64,000 nt of DNA, taken from the NCBI GenBank assembly GCA_035528895.1, contig DATKXS010000157.1, positions 1,843 to 65,842 of the forward strand, read 5' to 3'. The stretch's first letter is position 1. Each line of letters starts with the position of its first letter. The notes below the pieces were generated by a model, which was not told where the DNA came from, did not search any database, and saw nothing but the letters and a program-made list of their open reading frames with translations. The DNA is from Candidatus Desulfaltia sp. (lineage in GTDB: Bacteria; Acidobacteriota; Aminicenantia; Aminicenantales; UBA8522). Of this stretch, positions 21,040 to 31,042 are shown piece by piece. The position numbers were made by a program, and so were the translations under genes.

Positions 21040-22148
21040 CTTCTCGTAACCGTTGTTCCTTTCCGCTGGGAGATGTTCAGGATGATTCCGATAGCCGCCA
21101 GGGTGCAGACCAGGGAGGATCGGCCGAAGCTGATCAGGGGAAGGGGAACTCCCTTGGCCGGTCCCATCCCCAGGACCACGGTGATGTTCAGAAGAGCCTG
21201 GACGCAGATGATGAGAGTCAACCCGACGGCCGCAAGCTGGCCGGCCGACGTCGGGGCCCGGGCCCCGATGACCAGTCCTCTCCAGAGGAAGGCGAGAAAA
21301 AGGAGGAGGATGGTCATGGTCCCAAGGAGTCCAAATTCCTCTCCCAGGATGGCATAGATGAAGTCCGTATGCGCATAGGGAAGGAAATAGAGCTTCTGCC
21401 GGCTCTCGCCCAGACTGACGCCGAGGAGCCCGCCCGAGCCCACGGCGAGCTTGGATTGATAGGGCTGGAAGCCCTTCCCCATGATGTCTTTGTCCGGCGA
21501 CATGAAGCTGGTAATCCTCTCGACCCGGTAGCTGGCCGAAAAGAGATAGACGGCGAACACGATCCCGGCCGCCGCGCCCAATACGGCCAGATTGCGGAGC
21601 TTGACTCCCCCGAGATAGAGCATCAGGCCGCCGCTGGCGAAGATGAGCAGGGCCGTCCCGTAGTCCGGTTCCTTGATGATCAGCAGCGTGACCAGGGCCA
21701 TGACCGCGATGGGGAATATCAGGACCCGCCATTCGTCGAGCCGGTCCTTTTTCCGCTCCAGGAAGTGGGCGAGAAAGAGGACCAGGCTGATCTTGGCCAG
21801 CTCCGAGGGCTGGAAGCGGATGCCGAAAAAAGTGATCCAGCGGTTGACCCGGGCGATCGACGGCATGACGAAACAGGCGGCGAGAAGGGAAACCGACAGG
21901 ATCAGGAGCGCGTAGACGATGACGGTATTCTGGTAGAAAGGCTTCCGGACGGTGAGGATAAAGACAACGAGCGCCATCCCTACCGCCGCGCCGATGACCT
22001 GTTGGATGAAGAAATGGAGATATTGGTTATACTTTTCGCTCGCTAAGTTGGCCGAAGAGCTGAAGACCATGATGAATCCAACGGCCAGGAGGATAACGGT
22101 GATCACAAAGAGCGCCTTGTCGAAGCCGTAGGATCTGAATATCTCCAT
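21036..22148 (-). CDS. ftsW: SEDS-family peptidoglycan glycosyltransferase FtsW
   Basis: About 10 TM helices, SEDS motifs and dcw-cluster position. Confidence 0.93.
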   Translation of the reverse strand: MEIFRSYGFDKALFVITVILLAVGFIMVFSSSANLASEKYNQYLHFFIQQVIGAAVGMALVVFILTVRKPFYQNTVIVYALLILSVSLLAACFVMPSIARVNRWITFFGIRFQPSELAKISLVLFLAHFLERKKDRLDEWRVLIFPIAVMALVTLLIIKEPDYGTALLIFASGGLMLYLGGVKLRNLAVLGAAAGIVFAVYLFSASYRVERITSFMSPDKDIMGKGFQPYQSKLAVGSGGLLGVSLGESRQKLYFLPYAHTDFIYAILGEEFGLLGTMTILLLFLAFLWRGLVIGARAPTSAGQLAAVGLTLIICVQALLNITVVLGMGPAKGVPLPLISFGRSSLVCTLAAIGIILNISQRKGTTVTRR

Positions 22149-22151
22149 CGT

Positions 22152-23522
22152 CTATGCCTTTGTTCCTTGGAGGGAATCTTTGAGCTTCCGGACCTCCCGT
22201 TTGAAGGCGCGTCCCCTAGCTTCGAAATTCTTGAACATGTCGAAGCTCGTGCAGGCCGGTGCCAGGAGGACGATCTCTCCCCGCCCGGCGGCCACGAAAG
22301 CTAGACGCGTAGCTTCAGGCAATGACCGCGCTTCGGCCAATGGCACAACACCCCGCAGCGCCGCCGCGATCTTCGCCTTGGACTCGCCCAGGAGGATAAC
22401 TCGCTTGACGACCCTTCTTGCCGGCCGGCGGAGGAGCCGAAAATCGGCCCCCTTGTCCCGTCCTCCCAGGATGAGGACGATCTTCCGGTCGTAACTCTGG
22501 AGCGCCTTGACCGTGGCATCGACCGTGGTCGCCTTGGAATCATTGATGAAATCGACACCGCGCAGCGAAAGGACGCGCTCGAGGCGATGTTCGAGACCGG
22601 AGAAGGTCCGGATCGAGGAACGCATCGTCCGCATCCCTGCGCCCAGGATCCATCCGACAAGTGCCGCCGCCATGACGTTCTCCAGGTTGTGAAGGCCGGG
22701 GAGAGGGATTTCGGTCGACCTCATGAGCCTTTCTTCCTTTTCTCCATCCCGCAATATGATCCAGTCGTCCCGGAGGAAGCATCCCCGGCGGACCTCCCGG
22801 CGGCGGCTGAAAAGGTAAATTCGAGCCGGGATATCGCGCGCCAATCCGCCGACCAGCGGATCGTCGGCGTTGAGGACGGCGATATCGCCCGGGCCCTGGG
22901 CCAGGACCAGCCTCTTCTTGGCGCCGAAGTACTCCTCGAACGTCCCGTGCCAATCTAGGTGGTTCATGGAGATGTTGAGGAACACCGAAACGGCCGCTCT
23001 GAACGTGTCGGTGTGCGCGAGCTGGAAGCTCGAGATCTCGGTGACATAGACATGGTGGTCCCGGCTCCTCTCGACAAAAGAGATCAGGGGAGTGCCGATA
23101 TTTCCCGCCAGGTAGGAATGGAGCCCGGCCTCCTTGAGGATCTTGTGGGCCAGGGTCGCGGTCGTCGATTTGCCGTTCGTGCCGGTGATTCCGACGATCT
23201 TTCCCTTGAGGAAGCGGGCGGCCAGCTCGATCTCCGATAGCACTCGGACACCTGCTTTTTCGGCCGCCTTGATCTCGGGCAGGGCGGCTGCTCCCGGGCT
23301 GGGGATGATGATGTCGGCTTTGAGGAAGGTCAACGGAAGGTGCCGGCCGGTCTCGAAGAGGACGTTCCTGCCCTTCCACAGCGCAACCTTCCGGCCCAGA
23401 TTTTTTTCTTCCCGGATCTCGCTGATCGTCACCCGGGCGCCCCGGCGGACCAGGAAACCGGCCAGAGCTTTTCCCGTCTTCCCGAAACCGACGATCAGCA
23501 CGTTCTTTCCCGCGATATTCAT
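22152..23522 (-). CDS. murD: UDP-N-acetylmuramoylalanine--D-glutamate ligase
   Basis: N-terminus NVLIVGFGKTGKALAGFL and Mur ligase motifs (GTNGKSTT). Confidence 0.95.
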   Translation of the reverse strand: MNIAGKNVLIVGFGKTGKALAGFLVRRGARVTISEIREEKNLGRKVALWKGRNVLFETGRHLPLTFLKADIIIPSPGAAALPEIKAAEKAGVRVLSEIELAARFLKGKIVGITGTNGKSTTATLAHKILKEAGLHSYLAGNIGTPLISFVERSRDHHVYVTEISSFQLAHTDTFRAAVSVFLNISMNHLDWHGTFEEYFGAKKRLVLAQGPGDIAVLNADDPLVGGLARDIPARIYLFSRRREVRRGCFLRDDWIILRDGEKEERLMRSTEIPLPGLHNLENVMAAALVGWILGAGMRTMRSSIRTFSGLEHRLERVLSLRGVDFINDSKATTVDATVKALQSYDRKIVLILGGRDKGADFRLLRRPARRVVKRVILLGESKAKIAAALRGVVPLAEARSLPEATRLAFVAAGRGEIVLLAPACTSFDMFKNFEARGRAFKREVRKLKDSLQGTKA

Positions 23523-23524
23523 TC

Positions 23525-24613
23525 CTATCTCAATTTCAGAGTGGCCAGACTGAAAAGCGCGAAGATGATCCCCAGGATCCAGAACCTAATCACGACCTGT
23601 TCCTCATGCCAACCGGCGAGCTCGAAGTGATGATGCAGGGGAGCCATCTTGAAGACGCGTTTGCCCCCCGAGATCCGGAAGTACCCCATCTGGAGAAGGA
23701 CGGATACCGCCTCCAGGATGAACACTCCGGCGACCGTGAAGAGGAGGAATTCCTGCTTGATCAGGATGGCGATGACGGCCAGCGTCGCGCCCAGGGAAAG
23801 TGCGCCCACGTCCCCCATGAAGATCTGGGCCGGATGGCAGTTGAACCAGAGAAAGGCCAGGCAGGCGCCGGAGAGTGCGCCGGCAAAGACGGTCAACTCG
23901 GCCGCCTGGGCGACATAAGCGATGTTCAGATAGCCCGAATAGTTGACATGGCCGGCGATGTAGGTCAAGGCCGTGAGGGCCGTGGCGCTGATGAAGGTCA
24001 GCCCGATGGCCAGGCCGTCCAACCCGTCGGCCAGGTTCACGGCGTTCGACGACCCCACCAGAATGAAGACGATCCAGGGCAGGTAGAGCCAGCCCAGGTA
24101 AGGGACCCACTTCTTGAAAAAGGGGAAGCTCAGGTTGAGGCTGAAGCCGTCGGTCAACCCGATATAGACGAGCGCCAGGCCGATCGTTCCGGCCAGGGTG
24201 AATTGAAGGAGAAGCTTGGTCCGGCCCTTGAGTCCCAGGGACCGGCGCTTCTTGAATTTCAGGTAATCGTCCCAGAACCCGATGCCGCCGAAGCCGAGGA
24301 TCGTGATCATCCCCATCCAGACATAGGCATTGTTCAGGTTTCCCCAGAGAAGCGTGGGGATGAGGGTTGAGCCGATGATCAAGATACCGCCCATGGAGGG
24401 CGTCCCTTTCTTGGCCAGGTGAGACTGCGGGCCGTCCGGACGGATCTCCTGCCCGATCTGATGTTTCCTCATCATCCGGATGAGCCAGGGGCCGAGGAGG
24501 AAGCTGACGAAGAGGGCGGTGATTCCGGCCAATGCGGTGCGGACGGTGATGTAGCGAAACACGTTGAAAAAGGAGACATATTCACGAAGCGGGACGAGGA
24601 GCCAGTACAACAC
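23525..24613 (-). CDS. mraY: phospho-N-acetylmuramoyl-pentapeptide transferase
   Basis: Polytopic membrane protein with MraY motifs (NAVNLADGLDGLA, PAQIFMGDVG). Confidence 0.95.
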   Translation of the reverse strand: MLYWLLVPLREYVSFFNVFRYITVRTALAGITALFVSFLLGPWLIRMMRKHQIGQEIRPDGPQSHLAKKGTPSMGGILIIGSTLIPTLLWGNLNNAYVWMGMITILGFGGIGFWDDYLKFKKRRSLGLKGRTKLLLQFTLAGTIGLALVYIGLTDGFSLNLSFPFFKKWVPYLGWLYLPWIVFILVGSSNAVNLADGLDGLAIGLTFISATALTALTYIAGHVNYSGYLNIAYVAQAAELTVFAGALSGACLAFLWFNCHPAQIFMGDVGALSLGATLAVIAILIKQEFLLFTVAGVFILEAVSVLLQMGYFRISGGKRVFKMAPLHHHFELAGWHEEQVVIRFWILGIIFALFSLATLKLR

Positions 24614-24614
24614 C

Positions 24615-26003
24615 TCAACTCTCCTTGAAATCGTTTTCCAGTCTCTCGACCAGGCGCTCGGTCCCGATTCCGCGGGACCCCTTCACCAGGATGAGGTCTC
24701 CTTCCTCGACGAGCGAGGATATCCGGGCTGCGGCCTCTTCCGAGGTCGCGAATGTCCGGACCTGAGCTGCGGGAAAGCCCGCGGCCAGGGCACCCTCGGC
24801 GATATGGCGGGCCAATGGTCCGATGGCCAAAAGCACGTCCCAGCCATAGCCGACGACATCTTTCCCCGCCTGCCGGTGGAAGGCGACTTCTTCCGGGCCG
24901 AGCTCCAGCATGTCTCCCAGGACGGCGATTCTCCTTTTGGCGGGAAGAGATGCCAGCCCTTTAAGCGCGGCCTCGAGGGCCTTCGGGCTGGAGTTATAAG
25001 AATCGTCGATGAGTTGAAGACCGTGGCCGAGATCGATCAGTCTTCCTCTGCCCGGAAACGGCGACAGTCGGGGGATACCCTCGATGATGACATCGAAGGG
25101 AAGAGAAAGGGCCTGGCCGGCGCCCACGGCCGCCAGGAGGTTGGAAAGGAAATCCTCGTAAAAGAAAGGAAAACGGACCTCCCCGGTCTTGTCCTCCAGC
25201 CGGAGCTTGAAGACCATCCCGGCCGTCCCCAGTTTCCGGACGGCCGCGGCTTGGACGTCGCAGCCCCGGGAGAATCCGAAAGTGATCCGCCGGCCTTTCC
25301 AGCCCCGTCCGATTTCCTTGACCAGGTCGTCGTCGCCGTTGAGGACGGCGGTTCCGTCCGGTTTCGCGCCGTCGAGGATCTCTTTCTTGGCCTGGGCGAT
25401 GGCCTCCAGGGTGTGGAAGAATTCGAGATGGACGGGGTTGATGTTGGTAATGACCGCAACGTCGGGGGGGGCCGTTCGGGTGAGGGCCAGGATCTCCCCC
25501 GGCCCACTCGTCCCCATCTCCAGCACGGCCATTTCCTGGCCCGGCCGGAATTTGAGCAGGGAGAGCGCCAGGCCGAGCCGATTGTTGAAATTCCCTTCCG
25601 ACTTGAGCACCCGGAAACGCCGAGAGAGCAGGCCGGCCGTGAACTCCTTGGTGGTCGTCTTGCCGATACTCCCGGTAATACCGATCACCCGGGGACGGTA
25701 CTCGTCCAGGACCGACCGGGCGAGCGCCTGAAGCGCCGCTACGGTGTCCGAGACACGCACCAGCGAGAACCCGTGGTCGACCGGCTTGATGTCCCGGGAG
25801 ATGACCGCGCCGCGGGCTCCTTTCCGGGCGGCGTCGGGGATGAAGACGTGTCCATCCCGTTTGGCGACGACGGCGAAAAAGAGCTCTCCCGGTTGGCTTA
25901 AACGGGAGTCGATATTGAAAGCCTGGAACAGGGAAGAGGGGTTCCCCTGCACGATCCTCCCGGCTACGCGGGCGGCGATTTCATCCAGCCGCAGCTCCAC
26001 CAT
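24615..26003 (-). CDS. murF: UDP-N-acetylmuramoyl-tripeptide--D-alanyl-D-alanine ligase
   Basis: Starts MVELRLDEIAARVAG. The ATG at 26001-26003 overlaps the murE stop (ATGA). Mur ligase motifs GITGSIGKTTTKE. The 879-aa ORF in the track is an upstream frame artefact. Confidence 0.93.
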   Translation of the reverse strand: MVELRLDEIAARVAGRIVQGNPSSLFQAFNIDSRLSQPGELFFAVVAKRDGHVFIPDAARKGARGAVISRDIKPVDHGFSLVRVSDTVAALQALARSVLDEYRPRVIGITGSIGKTTTKEFTAGLLSRRFRVLKSEGNFNNRLGLALSLLKFRPGQEMAVLEMGTSGPGEILALTRTAPPDVAVITNINPVHLEFFHTLEAIAQAKKEILDGAKPDGTAVLNGDDDLVKEIGRGWKGRRITFGFSRGCDVQAAAVRKLGTAGMVFKLRLEDKTGEVRFPFFYEDFLSNLLAAVGAGQALSLPFDVIIEGIPRLSPFPGRGRLIDLGHGLQLIDDSYNSSPKALEAALKGLASLPAKRRIAVLGDMLELGPEEVAFHRQAGKDVVGYGWDVLLAIGPLARHIAEGALAAGFPAAQVRTFATSEEAAARISSLVEEGDLILVKGSRGIGTERLVERLENDFKES

Positions 26004-27472
26004 CAGGGCTTTCCCTCCAGAGTCCCGAGGATCGAGCGGACGACTTCGGTGTCGTCGAAATGGATTGTCCTGTCCTTGAAAATCTGATAGTCCTCGTGCC
26101 CTTTGCCGGCGATGAGAACGTAATCGCCCTTCCGGGACTCGGCCAGGGCCTGAGCGATGGCTTCTTTCCGGTCGGGAATGATCCTGTAGTTCTTCGCGCC
26201 CTTGCTGATGAAACCCTGTTCGATGTCGGCGATGATGGCCGGCGGGTCCTCGGAGCGGGGGTTGTCGGAAGTGATGAAGGTCTGGTCGGCGAGGGCCGCG
26301 GCGACCTCTCCCATCCTCGGTCTCTTGGTCTTGTCCCGGTCCCCGCCCGCTCCGAAAACGAGCAGGATGCGTTGGGGCTTTAGCTCCCGGATGGCTTCCA
26401 ACAGGCTGCGCATGGCCTGGTCGGTGTGGGCGTAGTCGACAAAAACATGGAAGCCCAACGTGTTCTCCACCTTCTCCAACCTCCCCGGGATGGTCTTGAG
26501 AGCCGAGATCCCATCTTTGATAGTCGACGCGGGGATGTTCAGGGCCAGGCCGGTAGCCACGGCCGCCAGGATGTTGTAGAGATTGTGCTTGCCCATCAGC
26601 GCCGAGCAGATCTTCACCTGTCCCCCTGGATAGTCCACTTCCGCTTTGATACCGGTCTCCGCGAAGCGGCACTGCTCGGCCCGGACGATCGCCGCCGGCT
26701 CGAGGCCGAAGGATATGGTGGTCAGGGGGAGCTCGGCCATCAGGCGATTTCCCCAGGGATCGTCCAGGTTGACGACCGCCGTTCGCTTCTTGGCGTTCAG
26801 GAAGAAGAGCCTTTTCTTGGCCTCGAAGTAATCCTCCATCGAGGCGTGGTAATCGAGGTGCTCGGCGCTCAGGTTGGTGAAGACCGCGATGTCGAAATGC
26901 ACTCCCCAGACCCGCTTGAGATCCAGGGCGTGGGAGGAGACCTCGATGAGGCAGTGGGTCACGCCTTGCTCCAGCATCTCGCTCATCATCCGCTGCAGGT
27001 CGGGGGCTTCCGGAGTCGTCCGGGGGGCCGGCTGGACCATCTTCGGCCAGCGGTAGTTGATGGTCCCGATGACGCCGGGCCGGAATTCCCCCTTCTGGAG
27101 GATGGACTCGAGGAGATAAGTCAAGGTCGTTTTGCCCTTGGTCCCGGTGATGCCGATGACTTTCAAGCCCATCGAGGGGTGGCCGTAGAAGTTGGCCGCG
27201 GCCAGGGCCAGAGCCTCCCGGACGTCCGGCGTCTGGACCCATGGAGATGTCCACTTCTGCGGTCCGGGTCGGTCCGAGAGGATGGCCTCGGCGCCGCTCC
27301 GCCGGGCCTCTTCGATGAATTTGAACCCGTCCTTTTTTTCTCCCAAAATAGCGGCGAAAAGGAATCCCGGCTTGACCTGCTTGGAGGAGTGGGTGAGGCC
27401 GAGGATTTCCGTCTCGCCGTTTCCGCTGAACTGGCAGTTCGGGACGTCCTTGAACAGGTCCTTGAGCTTCAT
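26003..27472 (-). CDS. murE: UDP-N-acetylmuramoyl-L-alanyl-D-glutamate--2,6-diaminopimelate ligase
   Basis: Motifs GITGTKGKTT and DYAHT, and a DNPR-type motif (SDNPRSEDP) consistent with meso-DAP specificity. Confidence 0.93.
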   Translation of the reverse strand: MKLKDLFKDVPNCQFSGNGETEILGLTHSSKQVKPGFLFAAILGEKKDGFKFIEEARRSGAEAILSDRPGPQKWTSPWVQTPDVREALALAAANFYGHPSMGLKVIGITGTKGKTTLTYLLESILQKGEFRPGVIGTINYRWPKMVQPAPRTTPEAPDLQRMMSEMLEQGVTHCLIEVSSHALDLKRVWGVHFDIAVFTNLSAEHLDYHASMEDYFEAKKRLFFLNAKKRTAVVNLDDPWGNRLMAELPLTTISFGLEPAAIVRAEQCRFAETGIKAEVDYPGGQVKICSALMGKHNLYNILAAVATGLALNIPASTIKDGISALKTIPGRLEKVENTLGFHVFVDYAHTDQAMRSLLEAIRELKPQRILLVFGAGGDRDKTKRPRMGEVAAALADQTFITSDNPRSEDPPAIIADIEQGFISKGAKNYRIIPDRKEAIAQALAESRKGDYVLIAGKGHEDYQIFKDRTIHFDDTEVVRSILGTLEGKP

Positions 27473-29241
27473 GGGCGTTCCTGGCTCCGGAGCTGAGCGG
27501 TCACGAGCTTCTGGGCCGGGCCCGACTGCGGGACCTGCCGCAAGTACAGCAGGACCCGACGGGCGATCTCGCGAAACACGGGCGCGGCCACCTGCCCGCC
27601 GTACTGAGGGCTGTACTTCGGCTCGTCGATCACAACGATTATCGAAAGCATCGGGCGGTCGGCGGGCACGAAGCCCACGAACGACGCCAGATGCCGGCTG
27701 GCCAGGTAGACGCCGAGCTTATGGTCCAATTTTCGAGCCGTCCCGGTTTTGCCCGCCACCCGGAAGCCCTCGACCTGGGCGGCTTGGCCTGTGCCGTTGG
27801 CGACGACCTCTTCGAAGACGCGGCGGGTGAGTTCGGAGGCGGTCCTCTCGGAAATGATCCTGTCTCCGGCGGGCGGCACGTCGGGGTTGAATCCAGATAG
27901 GTTGAACGTTTCCCTTGTGATCCGGAGGGGAATCAGGACCCCTCGGTTCGCGAACACGTTCATGGCCTGGAGGACCTGGACGGCGGTCACCGATATCTCG
28001 TAGCCTATGGAGTGAGCAGCCAGAGAGGTCCGGCTCCATTTGTGCAGGGAGTGGAAGATCCCGTTCTCCTCGCCCGGAAGATCGATGCCGGTCTTTTGGC
28101 CGAAGCCGAAGGCCTGGATCATCCGGTAGAGATGGTTTGGCCCGATTCTCTGACCCACCTTGATGGTACCCACGTTCGAGGAGTGGATGATCACTTCGGG
28201 GAAGCTGAGTATCCCCATCTTTTTGTGGTCGTTGATCGTCCAACCGGCCACCCTGATCATTCCCTCGCTGCAGTCGAAGATGTCGTCGAGACCGACCGCA
28301 CCGGCCTCCAGGGCGGCCGAGGCGGTGACGATCTTGAACATCGAGCCGGGTTCGAAGTTCTGTTGGATGGCCCGGTTGCGGCCCCGTTCGAGCGGCAAGG
28401 GCGGATAGTCGTTGGGGTCGTAGGTCGGCCAGGTGGCCATGGCCAGGATCTCTCCGGAGGCGGGGTGAGAGATGATCACCGTTCCCCAGCCGGCGGCATG
28501 TTCGCGGACGGCCCTTTCGAGCTCCCGCTCGGCGATATATTGGATGGGCTCGTCAAGGGTCAGGATGAGATCCTTTCCCGGCGTGGATTCCTTGAGGACT
28601 TCCCAGTCGTAACGTCTCTTGTTGGCGTCCCTCAGGATCAGTCTTCGGCCCTTCTCTCCGGCGAGCCTGGCGTCGTACTGGAGCTCGATGCCGGCCAAGC
28701 CCCTATCATCGACGTCCACTCCGCCGAGCACGTGGGCCGCCAGGATCCCGGAGGGATAGAACCGCTTATTCTCCTCCTGAAAATGAACACCGTTCAGGTC
28801 GAGCCCGGCGACCCGGTCGGCTTGTTCTTGGCTGATTTTCCTTTTGATAAAGATGAACGAATCCCCCGCTTGAATCCTGGTCTTGATCCCGGTAAGCTCC
28901 TTGGCGGAGAGGTTGAGGATCTTTTTCAAGGATTCCACCCGGGCGAACTGAACAGCGGCCGGTTCCTTATTGTTGGACAAGCAAAAGACGGTGGGCACCG
29001 GCAGGCTCCGGCTCAGGATTTTGCCATGGCGGTCGAAGATCGTTCCCCGCTCCGGTACGATGTCGCGTTCGAGCTGGCTCTGCCGGGTGACCGCTTCACG
29101 GAAGCGTCGGTAATCGATGACCTGGAGCTGGATGAGCCGCAGGGTCAGGACGACAAACCAAAGGAAAAAGAAGAAAGCCAGAATGATCGTCCGCTTGAGG
29201 ACGCGTTTCTGGCAAGAAGGGCCGAAGTCATGTCGGGTCAT
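27469..29241 (-). CDS. ftsI: peptidoglycan D,D-transpeptidase FtsI (class B PBP)
   Basis: N-terminal TM, PBP dimerisation domain and transpeptidase motifs (SxxK as STIK, SSN, KTGT). The start is ambiguous: 29262 or 29241. Confidence 0.9.
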   Translation of the reverse strand: MTRHDFGPSCQKRVLKRTIILAFFFFLWFVVLTLRLIQLQVIDYRRFREAVTRQSQLERDIVPERGTIFDRHGKILSRSLPVPTVFCLSNNKEPAAVQFARVESLKKILNLSAKELTGIKTRIQAGDSFIFIKRKISQEQADRVAGLDLNGVHFQEENKRFYPSGILAAHVLGGVDVDDRGLAGIELQYDARLAGEKGRRLILRDANKRRYDWEVLKESTPGKDLILTLDEPIQYIAERELERAVREHAAGWGTVIISHPASGEILAMATWPTYDPNDYPPLPLERGRNRAIQQNFEPGSMFKIVTASAALEAGAVGLDDIFDCSEGMIRVAGWTINDHKKMGILSFPEVIIHSSNVGTIKVGQRIGPNHLYRMIQAFGFGQKTGIDLPGEENGIFHSLHKWSRTSLAAHSIGYEISVTAVQVLQAMNVFANRGVLIPLRITRETFNLSGFNPDVPPAGDRIISERTASELTRRVFEEVVANGTGQAAQVEGFRVAGKTGTARKLDHKLGVYLASRHLASFVGFVPADRPMLSIIVVIDEPKYSPQYGGQVAAPVFREIARRVLLYLRQVPQSGPAQKLVTAQLRSQERP

Positions 29242-29536
29242 CGGTCCGCCTGATGTCCTCATAGATGATCTGCTCCGGTTTCGGCTCGACGAGCCGGAGC
29301 TCCTCGCGGGCGATCCGGTCCACCCTGTCCAGGGCCAGCAGCGCCGCCCGCTCCGTCTCCAGTCTCTTGATATCCTCTCCCAGCCGGACGATATTTTCCT
29401 CGAGCAGGCTGGTCTGGTAGCCGAGCTGGATGATAGCGGCCTGGTGCCAGATATAGAAAGTCAGGGTGGCGATGGCCAGAAGGATGCAGCCGACCGCCGC
29501 GGCGATCTCTTTTTTTTCGAACTTCCTCCGGACCAT
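29228..29536 (-). CDS. ftsL: cell division protein FtsL
   Basis: About 100-aa bitopic protein with a TM segment then a coiled coil, placed between rsmH and ftsI. Confidence 0.8.
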   Translation of the reverse strand: MVRRKFEKKEIAAAVGCILLAIATLTFYIWHQAAIIQLGYQTSLLEENIVRLGEDIKRLETERAALLALDRVDRIAREELRLVEPKPEQIIYEDIRRTDDPT

Positions 29537-30432
29537 CAGAGCTTCTCCGCCGCCCTCAGCTTGGCCGCCTTGGAGCGCGAGTTGGCGGCCGTCTCTTCCT
29601 CGGTGGGAGTGACCGGTTTCCGGGTGAGAAGGCGGACGACGGCGGGGCCGCCGTCGCTTCCCGACAACCGGGCGAAGGTGCGCTTGACGATCCTGTCCTC
29701 GAGGGAATGAAAAGAGATGACCACGAAGCGCGCGCCCGAGGGAACGCGGCCGGCCATCGTCTCCAGGAATTCCCCCACTCCCTGGAGTTCCTGGTTGACC
29801 TCGATACGCAGGGCCTGGAAGACCTTGGCCGCGGGGTGGACCTTGCCTTTCTGGGGGATCCAGTGGCAGACCTGCTCGATGACCTGCCGGAGTTCGATCG
29901 TTGTCTCAAACTTCCTGACCTTCCGGCGGGTGACGATCTCACGGGCCAGCTTCTTGGCCTGCCTCAGCTCCCCGTATTCCTGGAAGAGGTGGGCGAGCCT
30001 CGGCTCCGAATAGGTGTCGATGATCTTGAAGGCGGTCGTTTTATTTCTCCGGTCCATCCGCATGTCCAGCGGTCCTTCCTGGTTGAAGCTGAAACCCCGT
30101 TCGGGAGAATCGAGTTGGAAGGAGGACAGGCCCAGGTCGAGGAGCAATCCCCGGACGGTCGAGAAATCGATATCGAGTTCGGGTAGGCAACGAAAGTCCG
30201 CCTGATAGAGCCGGGCGCGGTCGGCGTAAGGCACGAGCGTCTCCTTGACTCTATCCAGGGCGAGCTCGTCGACGTCCAGCCCGACGAGGGAAGCGCGCGG
30301 ATTCTTCTTCAGGATCTCGAGGGAGTGGCCGCCCAGGCCGATGGTGCCGTCGATGTAGGTGCCTTCTCGGGCGACGCCCAACAGCTGCAGCACCTCGCGG
30401 AGAAGGACGGGGACATGTCCACGATCAATCAT
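29536..30432 (-). CDS. rsmH: 16S rRNA (cytosine1402-N4)-methyltransferase RsmH (MraW)
   Basis: N-terminus HVPVLLREVL, SAM-binding motifs (DGTIGLGGHS) and an FHSLEDR segment. Confidence 0.93.
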   Translation of the reverse strand: MIDRGHVPVLLREVLQLLGVAREGTYIDGTIGLGGHSLEILKKNPRASLVGLDVDELALDRVKETLVPYADRARLYQADFRCLPELDIDFSTVRGLLLDLGLSSFQLDSPERGFSFNQEGPLDMRMDRRNKTTAFKIIDTYSEPRLAHLFQEYGELRQAKKLAREIVTRRKVRKFETTIELRQVIEQVCHWIPQKGKVHPAAKVFQALRIEVNQELQGVGEFLETMAGRVPSGARFVVISFHSLEDRIVKRTFARLSGSDGGPAVVRLLTRKPVTPTEEETAANSRSKAAKLRAAEKL

Positions 30433-30886
30433 TCGATTTTCCGCGGGGGATGAGATCGGCGATGTTCTCGAAATCTTCATCCGTCAGCGGTTTTTTCTCG
30501 AGCTTCTCGTCCAGAAGTTCTCTGTTCCAAACTTCCAAGTGATCGTTCAGTCCGATGACTTCCACTTCATCCTGGAGCCTGGCCGTTCCCCGCAAGGCCA
30601 GAGTGAGCAAAACCCGACCCTTGGAATCGATTTCGTGTTTGGTGCCTTTCCGGTTGACACGGAGCAGGAAGCGGCGGACATCCGGCCGGAGATGGAGCGC
30701 GCCCTCTTTGGCCACCCCGGTCATCCTTTCCCAGACCGCCAGGGGATAGATCTGCACGGCCTCGTCGGTCAGGGAGGTGATGAACACGTCCTTCCCGTAT
30801 TCCTCTTCGATCGCGGCCCGGAACTTTTCGGGGATCTTGATCCGTCCGCTCTTGTCGATCTTCGCCGTGTAGCTGCCTATTAACAT
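30425..30886 (-). CDS. mraZ: transcriptional regulator MraZ
   Basis: Duplicated MraZ/SpoVT half-domains (IDKSGRIKIP; DSKGRVLL). First gene of the dcw operon. Confidence 0.93.
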   Translation of the reverse strand: MLIGSYTAKIDKSGRIKIPEKFRAAIEEEYGKDVFITSLTDEAVQIYPLAVWERMTGVAKEGALHLRPDVRRFLLRVNRKGTKHEIDSKGRVLLTLALRGTARLQDEVEVIGLNDHLEVWNRELLDEKLEKKPLTDEDFENIADLIPRGKSND

Positions 30887-30895
30887 CTTAAGATC

Positions 30896-30960
30896 TGTCC
30901 CGTTTTATCCCAATTTATCCCATTTGCTTAGAATATAGGGGACCAAAAAACAAATGTCAA
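30896..30960 (-). promoter_or_regulatory. mraZ promoter (TTGACA-17-TATATT) with three 10-nt-phased (T)GGGA direct repeats (MraZ operator-like)
   Basis: Minus-strand read: cTTGACAtttgttttttggtcccctatattctaagcaaaTGGGAtaaatTGGGAtaaaacGGGAcagatcttaagATG. Direct repeats of the MraZ box with a 10-nt period lie between the -10 and the start codon. Confidence 0.6.
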
Positions 30961-31042
30961 GCAGAAATTAAAAGAAAATAACTATATTTTACCGAGATAT
31001 TAAATGAGTATAAGAGGGAGCCGGTCGGGCTCTTGGGCCTCC

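Noticed and set aside
19954-21732. 592-aa extended murG ORF
   Set aside because: The extension overlaps ftsW in another frame and is Arg/Gly/Pro-rich. MurG homology starts at MRARRVVISGGGTGGH (ATG at 21039).
24615-27254. 879-aa ORF apparently fusing murF to an upstream extension
   Set aside because: The N-terminal 417 aa are an alternative-frame read-through across murE. Conserved MurF begins at MVELRLDEIA, with the ATG at 26001-26003 overlapping the murE stop (ATGA).
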